A DNA stretch of 64,000 bases from Acidobacteriota bacterium (GTDB taxonomy: Bacteria; Acidobacteriota; UBA6911; JACQSX01). The position numbers and the translations under genes are program-made. The notes beneath the pieces are model-generated. The model had not been told where the DNA came from and ran no database searches. It saw nothing but the letters and a program-made list of their open reading frames with translations. The stretch is from NCBI GenBank assembly GCA_036507075.1, contig DASXQR010000187.1:1-64000 (forward strand). The letters are read 5' to 3'. Below are positions 8,708 through 16,362 of this stretch, piece by piece; position 1 is the stretch's first letter, and the number at the start of each line of letters is the position of its first letter.

Positions 8708-10672
8708 CTATTTCTTTGTGAGTTTTTGCAGCTTCTTAACTTTCTGCTTTACCTTGTCGGAATCCTCGGCATCCGTCTGATTTGCCAGCGAGAGACTATA
8801 AGCCTGCAGGGCTTCCTGGTAATTCCCCAACCTCTCATAGAGATCCCCCAGATGCTCGTGTATCGTGGGATCGTTTCTTACAATCTTAGCCGCCTTGTTC
8901 AGATTCGCCTTCGCCAGGTCGAAGTCCCGCAGTTTGAACTGCACCCAGCCCAGGCTGTCCAGGTATGCGCCGTTAAAGGGGTCCATTTCGACGGCCTTCT
9001 TGATGTATTCCAAAGCCTGCTGAAGGTTTTCGCCCCGGTCCGCCCACATGTAGCCCAGGTAATTGAGCACGCCGGCGTTTTTCGGATTCTTGTCCAGGAG
9101 CCTTCGGAAAAGCTGCTCGGCCTTGTCAAACTTCTTCTGTCGCTCATAAACAGCCCCGAGCTGAAACAACACTTGCTCGTTGTCGGGATATTCCTTCAGC
9201 AGGGCCTGGAGTTGATTCTCGGCTTGCTCGTAGCTGTGGTGCTCGAAAAGGATCTGCACCCTGTTCAGTTTCAAGGGAAGCATCAAAGCTTCATCGTGTT
9301 CTGCCTTGGAAAGATTCTTGGCGATCAGCGCGTCGAGGAGCTTCAGACCTTCGGGAACTCCCTTCTGCTGGGCAACAATTTGCGCTTCTGCAATCGCCAG
9401 ACTGCCCTCGTCCGGAAATTTCTGACGCCCCCTGGAGATCGTTTCGGCAGCCCGCGACCAATCCTTCTTCAACTTGTATGCATGTGTAAGATAAAGATAG
9501 GCGCGGAAGTCATCGGGATAACTGCGCAACAACTGCTGAAACGTGCTTACGGCCGCATCATACTGCGCGTCGTCCTGCTGGATGGTCCCCATCTGCAGCA
9601 GGATCGGAAGTCGCCTCCGCTGCTTGGCTGGATCCGCGGCATCGTGCTTTTCAAGCACATTCTTGAGAATTGCCACCGCTTCTTCACGCTGGCCCGTGTC
9701 GCCCAGGGTCGCAGCCAGCCAATACGAAACCTCAACGTTGTCAGGATCCGTTTTGGCGGCGGACCGGAAGCTGGCAATCGCTTCGCCGAATTTTTTCTGT
9801 TCCCGCTGAGCTTTTCCCAGCTCCAGCAGCACGGACGAATCGAACGGATTCCTCTTCACCAGGTCTTCCAGAATCTGCGTGGCGTCCTTTGTTTCTCCTT
9901 TTTCCGCGAGCAGCGCCGCCAGACGTTTCTTGGCTTCCGACTCATCGGGACGGAAGCTCAACACCTGCTGGTATGTGGCAATCGCTTTTTCGATATCGCG
10001 CAGCCGCTCGTAGATATTACCTTGCAGCAGCAGCACCGGCACGTTGCTCGGATTAAACTCCAGGACCCTTTTCACGTTGGCCAGCGCCGCTTCGAACTTT
10101 TCCTGTTCGGCCTGTGCCACGCTCAACAAGAAGATCGCTTCTCCATCGTCGGGCTGTATTTTCGAGAGCGCATCAAGCAATTGCTCTGCCTTTGCGTACT
10201 GAGAAGCACGAATGTAGTAGCGACCAAGGGCGGAAAGAGCGCTGGGGTTTTCCGGATCCAGCTTCAGAACGGCTTCATATTCTGCGATGGCGGCGGTGCG
10301 GGCAGATGAATCCCTTCCGGCGAGCCTGAAATTCATCTCTGCCAGAAGCAGGTGCGCGTCGACGTTACTGGAGTCTATTTCGATGGCCTTCTTGGCCTTC
10401 TGCAATGCCTCCTCATATCGGTCCATCCCGGCCAGGCTGGCCGCGTATTCGGCCATAAGCTGGGCGTTCTTCGGGTCTGCCTTCAGCGCGGCTTCGTATT
10501 CGGCAAGCGCGGTGGTAAAGTCCCCGATCGCTTCGGCAAGCCTCGCCTGCATGAAATGGTATTGGGCCTCAGATTCCTGGGAAAGCGGCGCTTTGACGCC
10601 GGCACGACTGCTCTGTGCCTCGGCCAGAACGCTGAAAAAAAACATCATTACAAGAACAAAGATTCCGCGCAT
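8708..10672 (-). CDS. Exported tetratricopeptide repeat protein
   Basis: Signal peptide, many TPRs and C-terminal LNYLGYMWAD...YLDSLGW...EHLGD; typical neighbour of ispE. Confidence 0.9.
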   Translation of the reverse strand: MRGIFVLVMMFFFSVLAEAQSSRAGVKAPLSQESEAQYHFMQARLAEAIGDFTTALAEYEAALKADPKNAQLMAEYAASLAGMDRYEEALQKAKKAIEIDSSNVDAHLLLAEMNFRLAGRDSSARTAAIAEYEAVLKLDPENPSALSALGRYYIRASQYAKAEQLLDALSKIQPDDGEAIFLLSVAQAEQEKFEAALANVKRVLEFNPSNVPVLLLQGNIYERLRDIEKAIATYQQVLSFRPDESEAKKRLAALLAEKGETKDATQILEDLVKRNPFDSSVLLELGKAQREQKKFGEAIASFRSAAKTDPDNVEVSYWLAATLGDTGQREEAVAILKNVLEKHDAADPAKQRRRLPILLQMGTIQQDDAQYDAAVSTFQQLLRSYPDDFRAYLYLTHAYKLKKDWSRAAETISRGRQKFPDEGSLAIAEAQIVAQQKGVPEGLKLLDALIAKNLSKAEHDEALMLPLKLNRVQILFEHHSYEQAENQLQALLKEYPDNEQVLFQLGAVYERQKKFDKAEQLFRRLLDKNPKNAGVLNYLGYMWADRGENLQQALEYIKKAVEMDPFNGAYLDSLGWVQFKLRDFDLAKANLNKAAKIVRNDPTIHEHLGDLYERLGNYQEALQAYSLSLANQTDAEDSDKVKQKVKKLQKLTKK

Positions 10673-10721
10673 ATAAGAGGATTATGGCATGTATGCCCGG
10701 AAGCGGGCAAATACGGCCGCT

Positions 10722-10832
10722 ATGGAGGGATGGAGGGATGGAGGGATAGAGGGATAGAGGGATGGAGGGATGGAGGGATGGAGGGATGGAGGGATGGAGG
10801 AATGGAGGGATGGAGGGACGGAGGGATGGAGG
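10722..10832. repeat. Octamer tandem array (GGAGGGAT)n
   Basis: About 13 units; a related inverted arrangement at 29461-29537. Confidence 0.9.
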
Positions 10833-10837
10833 GCCCT

Positions 10838-13438
10838 CTAGGGCTGCACCGACTGCGGTTGGATGACGGATAGGGAAGGAGCCTGGCTGTCATAAAAGAT
10901 CTCCAGACCCACAATCGGCACGTCCGAGCGCACACGCAGACGGCCTCCGACCTGCGAAACCAAACCGAGGAGCGTGGAAACCAGTTCACTCAACCGGCTG
11001 TTGGGAGCAAGGGTCACGTCTTTGGTAATGCCAATCTGCACACCTGCGGAATCCAGAACATCGATCTTCACATTTGCGGCAACATCACCCGGATTGACCA
11101 GGACGATACCCGTGCCAAAGCCGTCCCCCTGAGCGATGTAAGGGAGGTGGAAATCCGTTCCCGACGTCGCGGTCAGCGGAGAGGCGGAGGCCGCTCTTTC
11201 ATCAAAGCCCGATACTTCGACCGCGCCCAAAATGCCTGCGTTGGAACTCACCACTCGCAGCCAGCCGGAAAGGGGCACGTCTCCCGTCAGCGCGAAAAGC
11301 TCCGCCAAATCCAGGTTGGCAGACTTTTTGTCGCCGATGGTAATCGTTTTGGAATCGACAATCGGCTCGCCTGCGTTGTTTAGCAATGTAAAAGTGAACT
11401 CCGCATCCCCGCCGCTCTGGTTGACAAGACTGACAACCGTCTTAAAGCCGCCCGAGACGGCCACCTCCGGCGCGACGAGCTTCACGCCTGCCGGATCACT
11501 CGCGGGAATCGCCATGGCCGGAAGCACGCTCAGGGTTTCTGCTGTGTCGTAAACACCCAACACGCTCAGCGGCAAGGATCCTTTGATTATCAGATATGCG
11601 CCATCCAGATTAAGCGCCTCCGGGAAAAGATCATTGGTGCCGGCGCTGGATTGCAGTATTCGAGAAGCCAGGCCGCTTCCCGGAAGCTGAATATCTGTTG
11701 ATCTGACCAGCGTTCCTTCATTGTCATAAAGCTCCACGGTTGCCGTGGCGCCATTGAAACTGAAATTCAGAATCATCAACTCGGTCGTTCTCTTGTCGTT
11801 TTGCCTCACGACCGGAAGCAGCGATACAAGTTGTCCCTTGCTGGTAAGCGAGGCCCCATCGAGCTTCTTGCCGGAGTTATCACCGATCTGAAAGAATCCG
11901 ACCAGCTCCTTCTGTGTGCTGTCGATTAGAACCCAGCCTTCCTCCGCGTCTGTGCTGGGATTGTTCTGAAAAATGTCCGATGCTAACCCGGCGAGTTGTT
12001 GGCCCGGCGGAAGGTCCACGTCGATCGGATTGACTACTTCCACGCGGTCGGTCGTCTGCTTGTCATCGGCAAAGGGCACTCCTCCCAGAGAAAGCGCCTC
12101 CAGCCTTAAGTTCATCGGCTTGGGGCCGACATTAACCAGTGTCAATCCGGTAAAACGGTTGGCATCGGCGTAAAAGCGCGGAATTGCGAATAAGAACGTA
12201 CGCACCACAAAATCGACCGTGTTCGATCCGAAATTCAAAACGGCGACACGCTGTTCGTCAGGCGTCAGAGCGACTTGAAAGGGGGTGTCTTCAAAGGTCT
12301 CCTTGTTTTTCCCCACATTGACTTGACCCACCACGGCGTAGCTATCCAGATCGATGCGGAAGAAGAGATCGTTCGAAGGGCTGGCGATATAGGCCGTTTT
12401 GGAATCCGAGCTGAAGACGATGTTCGTGCCGGATGTAAAGCTCGCTCCGGGAGGAACGACTTCCTTCACGATCTCCAGGGACTCAGTTGAGATGAAGCTG
12501 ATTCCAAAACTGCTGACCACGACAAAGCGGCTGCCGTCGGGAACCAGAGCACTGTCAAACGTGTCGATTCCGACAGGAAGGCGCTTCAGAACGCTGCCCG
12601 TTTTAGTATCGAAGATGTACACGACATCCACGCTCAGCAGACCCTTGTTCCCGTCGTCTGACACAATCCCTTTGCTGTCGTCCAGGGTCAGGGCCACTCT
12701 GTGAGTCCCCAAAAAATCGTGAACTTCGGTTGGGGCTACAGAGGCGCGCAATTTGAAGCCGGACACTTCAATGATGGAAATCGAATCCTTGGTGGTGCTG
12801 AACTGCTGATCGGAGACGTTTACCGACGTGAAGAATGATCCATCGTGCGCCATGGTCAGCGACACGGGCCGCGTTCCCGTCGGCAGCTTGAGACGCGCCG
12901 CTTCTGTCCCTTCCGGAATGTTCAGACGGAGGATTTCGTCCGATCCCGTCGATGCTACAAATCCAGATTTACCGTCCGGCGTAAAAACCATGTTGCTGCC
13001 AAGGCTGAAGTCAACCTTGACGGGTGTTACCGTTCTTACGGCAAGCGTTTCCACATCAATGAAGGAAATACTCCCGAGGTTCTGGCTTGCGGTTAACTTG
13101 TCGGCAAGATGTGTATTCACCACGGCTATGGTCTTGCCGTCGGGCGTCAGCGACAAAGACGCCGGGTTTTTTCCCACCGCCAGCGTCGCAATGGGTTCCA
13201 TAGTCTCGGCGTTGAAGACTTCAACAGAGTCCGAGCCGGGAAAATTCACGAATGCTTTTTTGCCGTCAGGCGAAAAGACAATGGAGGGTGAATAGAAATT
13301 GTCGGTCAGGACCGTGTTGGTGTCAAACTTCAGGGTAAGACCGGCGGCAGAGGGATCGAAGGTTGACGCCACCCTGTCGGCATGAGCAAAAACCGCCAAA
13401 GATGCCAGCAGAAACAGGGAGACAAAAAAACATTTCAT
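10838..13438 (-). CDS. Secreted YVTN-like beta-propeller protein with repeated C-terminal beta-sandwich domains
   Basis: Signal peptide, FSPDGK/LTPDGK blades, then repeats with F.TGLTLVN / FKTVVSLVN / FGTGIVLVN. Confidence 0.8.
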   Translation of the reverse strand: MKCFFVSLFLLASLAVFAHADRVASTFDPSAAGLTLKFDTNTVLTDNFYSPSIVFSPDGKKAFVNFPGSDSVEVFNAETMEPIATLAVGKNPASLSLTPDGKTIAVVNTHLADKLTASQNLGSISFIDVETLAVRTVTPVKVDFSLGSNMVFTPDGKSGFVASTGSDEILRLNIPEGTEAARLKLPTGTRPVSLTMAHDGSFFTSVNVSDQQFSTTKDSISIIEVSGFKLRASVAPTEVHDFLGTHRVALTLDDSKGIVSDDGNKGLLSVDVVYIFDTKTGSVLKRLPVGIDTFDSALVPDGSRFVVVSSFGISFISTESLEIVKEVVPPGASFTSGTNIVFSSDSKTAYIASPSNDLFFRIDLDSYAVVGQVNVGKNKETFEDTPFQVALTPDEQRVAVLNFGSNTVDFVVRTFLFAIPRFYADANRFTGLTLVNVGPKPMNLRLEALSLGGVPFADDKQTTDRVEVVNPIDVDLPPGQQLAGLASDIFQNNPSTDAEEGWVLIDSTQKELVGFFQIGDNSGKKLDGASLTSKGQLVSLLPVVRQNDKRTTELMILNFSFNGATATVELYDNEGTLVRSTDIQLPGSGLASRILQSSAGTNDLFPEALNLDGAYLIIKGSLPLSVLGVYDTAETLSVLPAMAIPASDPAGVKLVAPEVAVSGGFKTVVSLVNQSGGDAEFTFTLLNNAGEPIVDSKTITIGDKKSANLDLAELFALTGDVPLSGWLRVVSSNAGILGAVEVSGFDERAASASPLTATSGTDFHLPYIAQGDGFGTGIVLVNPGDVAANVKIDVLDSAGVQIGITKDVTLAPNSRLSELVSTLLGLVSQVGGRLRVRSDVPIVGLEIFYDSQAPSLSVIQPQSVQP

Positions 13439-13520
13439 GGAGACTGTATCCCTCCGGGAATTCGACAAAAACATTGATTATAAGCCACCTGAGTCTAGAA
13501 CGGAAATCCTAAGGCAAGGT

Positions 13521-13805
13521 TCAAGTTTTTTGAACGAACTGAATTCGTGTCACGATCTCTTTTTCAAAGAAGCCGTTGAGCCGCCGGCGGATCTCGTCGG
13601 AAAGATTGTTCAACTCCGCGAGCCATCGTTCGTCGGACACTTGCACCAGCAGTGTGCCCTCATCAAAGCTCACCGGAAGTGAATTATTGCTGATGCGATC
13701 GCCTACCAGGGATTTCCACTGCCCCTTGATGATCACCTCCACGACAATTGGTTGATTCTGAAAGTCTTTCGCCAGCTGCGCGAGAAAACTGCCGATAGGC
13801 TTCAT
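13521..13805 (-). CDS. DUF721/DciA family protein
   Basis: WKSLVG..I.....P......L.V.V....W..EL pattern. Confidence 0.75.
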   Translation of the reverse strand: MKPIGSFLAQLAKDFQNQPIVVEVIIKGQWKSLVGDRISNNSLPVSFDEGTLLVQVSDERWLAELNNLSDEIRRRLNGFFEKEIVTRIQFVQKT

Positions 13806-13844
13806 GTTAATCTCCCAACGACTCAATACTAGCATTTGAGAAGC

Positions 13845-14135
13845 GGCCAGATGTAGCCCGCCCCCGGTTCGGAGCCCGAACGCAGCCTCCAGCCACGGCT
13901 TCGCCGCGGCTGATGTAAGGAAGAAGCTCTTTTCAGAGTATGTTTGGTTTCAACGACTTGCAAGAAGAGCTTCTTAGAAGTGAGGGGCCATCCAGATCGA
14001 TACTGCGGTATCCTGTAATCCGGGCTCGTTCCTGACTAACTCCGGAGGGTCGCTCACTCCGGTCGCGCTCTGACATTTTTAGATATCCGGGCGTCTATCC
14101 GAGAGTTCTAACGGGGCTATCATCCTCTGCCAGCC
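13845..14135 (-). ncRNA. Candidate large structured RNA, class unassigned
   Basis: Ends pair (GATGATAGCCC with GGGCTACATC); six or more internal hairpins; G-U pairs work only on the minus strand. Confidence 0.55.
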
Positions 14136-14140
14136 ATCCA

Positions 14141-14692
14141 ATGCAAAACAACGTTGCTCTTGCGTCTCAAAGCCCTAGAAGGCTGCAGATCCTGAAGCGC
14201 TTTGGGTTTAATCCGGTTATTGTGCAAACCACATTTCAGGAAAATCTGCTTTCTGGGGCGCTGGACGCGGAGAACTATGCGGTTTTGGCGGCGCGCAGGA
14301 AAGCTGAAGGCGCGCTCAGCGATCTTCCCATTGTTGCAGCAGACACGATTGTTGTTTTGGGTCGCACGATCTTTGGAAAACCCCCGAATGCGGACTCCGC
14401 GCGGCAGTTCCTTTCGCACTTGTCCGGGCGCTGGCACACGGTAATCTCCGCAGTAGTACTCAAAGAGGGTGAACGGCAGGTTCAAACAGTTGACCACAGT
14501 CGCGTTCTTTTCAAGGACCTGTCGGCAACACAGATTGACCGGTACGTAGCCAGCGGCGAACCCGAGGGGAAAGCAGGCGCCTACGCCATCCAGGGTCTGG
14601 GTTCGGAGCTGATAGCCGAATTCCAAGGATCCTTCTGGAATATCGTAGGCTTTCCCATCGAGTCGTTCTTTAAGCTCTGGCAGTCCTTTTGA
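14141..14692 (+). CDS. maf: Maf-family nucleoside triphosphate pyrophosphatase
   Basis: LASQSPRR, AADTIV, GKP, LSGRWH and KAGAYAIQG. Confidence 0.93.
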   Translation: MQNNVALASQSPRRLQILKRFGFNPVIVQTTFQENLLSGALDAENYAVLAARRKAEGALSDLPIVAADTIVVLGRTIFGKPPNADSARQFLSHLSGRWHTVISAVVLKEGERQVQTVDHSRVLFKDLSATQIDRYVASGEPEGKAGAYAIQGLGSELIAEFQGSFWNIVGFPIESFFKLWQSF

Positions 14693-14704
14693 AGAATCAA
14701 AAAG

Positions 14705-14892
14705 CCGGAACCGCGAAGGCGCGAAAGTGCGAAATGAATAAGATCCCTTGACTAACCAAATGGCACTAAGCCCTGAAATGTCTGCGGTTCTGGCCACTCT
14801 GAAAAACTAGAGCAATTTTTGCTTTCGCGCCTTCGCGCCTTCGCGGTAGATTTTTCTACATGTTCGAAGCCCTGGTGTCCTTCTTTGTGGCC
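14705..14892. repeat. Inverted arrays ACCGCGAAGGCGCGAA ... TTCGCGCCTTCGCGGT
   Basis: Mirror arms around a unique spacer. Confidence 0.75.
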
Positions 14893-14993
14893 CCTGCACT
14901 TGACTCCGCTGGTTCGCCTGTATTTCAATAATGCGAATTTTTGCACAAGCCTCCGTGGGGCACTTTTTTAGGTTTTTGCGGGTTTAAGCAACG

Positions 14994-15530
14994 ATGGAAC
15001 AGACGCTGCTTTTGAATGCCACTTACGAACCGCTGCAGGTTATCAACTGGAAGAGAGCTGTCACACTGCTGTTTTCCGGCAAGGCCGAAGTCCTGGCCGA
15101 ATACGAAAAGGAGATCCACAGCGTTAGTTTTTCTGTGAAACTTCCCTCGATCCTGCGGCTTTTGAAGCTGGTAAGAATCAGCCAAAAACACCAGCGGGTG
15201 AAATTCTCACGCGCCAATATTTATGCCCGCGATAACTATCGATGCCAGTACTGCGGAACGAAATGCCGCGCCGATGAATTAACTTTCGATCACGTGATAC
15301 CGATTGTTCAGGGAGGCGGCAAGAGCTGGGATAACATCGTAACGTCCTGCATCCGCTGCAATCACAAAAAGGGTGGACGAACTCCGCAGGAAGCCGGCTT
15401 GAGATTGATCCGCCGGCCCATCGTTCCACAGTGGGTTCCCACGCGCATCATTTTCAGCATCGGCTATCGCAAAGCGCCGGACAGTTGGCGCGACTATTTG
15501 TACTGGAACGTCGAGCTCGATTCTGAATGA
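14994..15530 (+). CDS. HNH endonuclease (stand-alone McrA-like)
   Basis: LLLNATYEPL, RDNYRCQYCG, DHVIP, CIRCNHKKG. Confidence 0.92.
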   Translation: MEQTLLLNATYEPLQVINWKRAVTLLFSGKAEVLAEYEKEIHSVSFSVKLPSILRLLKLVRISQKHQRVKFSRANIYARDNYRCQYCGTKCRADELTFDHVIPIVQGGGKSWDNIVTSCIRCNHKKGGRTPQEAGLRLIRRPIVPQWVPTRIIFSIGYRKAPDSWRDYLYWNVELDSE

Positions 15531-16189
15531 GCGGCCCCAGGTTGCCTGCGATCGCGGTCTTTTGCAGAACTCCGATCGCGGGCAAAGTGAAGACCCGTCT
15601 TCAACCCCCGTTGAGTCCGGAACAGGCGTTGTTGCTGCATGTTGCCTGCATTGAGGACGTGTGCGCCCACCTGCTTCCTCTGCGGCGCGATTTTGACGTT
15701 TTCATTTTTCAAAGCGAGCCGGGCAAGCTGCCGCGGGCTTGCGCCGCATTCCAGGGACGCCTTCAGCAGGGAACCGATTTGGGGGAACGGATGCTGACAG
15801 CGGTAACCTGCCTTCTCGAGGAACAGCATCCCTCCGTGTTGTTGTTTGGAACGGACCTGCCGCACCTGGATGCGAAAAACCTGTACCAGGCGCTCGAATG
15901 GCTCAGCCGCGTTGAGGTCGTCATTGGTCCCTCCAGGGACGGAGGTTATTACCTGTTGGGACTTTCCAGTTCGCTTCCATTTCTCTTCCGACGAATGGTG
16001 TGGGGAAGTGATGCAGTGCTGGCTGAGACTTTGCACAGGCTGAAGAAACATGAGTTGACTCACTACCTGATGGAAACGTGTTTCGATCTGGACCGCGCGG
16101 ACGATCTGAAGCGACTCTTATCCAGCCCCGACGCGGCGCGCGCACCCAGGACCGTGGCTTTCATCGAGCAAATCAAATCTTTGCTGTAA
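15527..16189 (+). CDS. DUF2064/TIGR04282-type glycosyltransferase-like protein
   Basis: GKVKTRL, QGTDLGERM, GTDLP, GPSRDGGYYLLG and DLDRADDL. Confidence 0.85.
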   Translation: MSGPRLPAIAVFCRTPIAGKVKTRLQPPLSPEQALLLHVACIEDVCAHLLPLRRDFDVFIFQSEPGKLPRACAAFQGRLQQGTDLGERMLTAVTCLLEEQHPSVLLFGTDLPHLDAKNLYQALEWLSRVEVVIGPSRDGGYYLLGLSSSLPFLFRRMVWGSDAVLAETLHRLKKHELTHYLMETCFDLDRADDLKRLLSSPDAARAPRTVAFIEQIKSLL

Positions 16190-16197
16190 CTTCTTTT

Positions 16198-16270
16198 CTC
16201 ACCACAAAGACACAAAGGACACAAAGCCCCTCGTCTCCCTTTGTGTCCTTTGTGTCTTTGTGGTGAAAAG
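16198..16270. repeat. Palindromic nonamer element CACCACAAAGACACAAAG...CTTTGTGTCTTTGTGGTG
   Basis: Long inverted arms; simplest form of this family. Confidence 0.9.
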
Positions 16271-16362
16271 ATTCTTACTCGGATTCTGGAATTCGTGGCG
16301 GTTCAATTTTTTAACGCTTCGACTCGTGTTATATTTTCCCTCCTTTACCGGAGAAGCCGGAC

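Noticed and set aside
8726..10309. Long plus-strand ORF (527 aa) and similar antisense ORFs (308-1447, 28403-29137)
   Set aside because: Shadows of well-supported genes on the other strand, with no family motifs.
13845..14135. RNase P, tmRNA, SRP or tRNA-Sec identity
   Set aside because: No GAGGAAAGTCC/P4, no T-arm plus CCA acceptor and no SRP helix-8 motif; kept as unassigned.
14994..15530. HNH as a homing, IscB or CRISPR-linked nuclease
   Set aside because: Matches the common stand-alone HNH family; no RuvC, intron or array.
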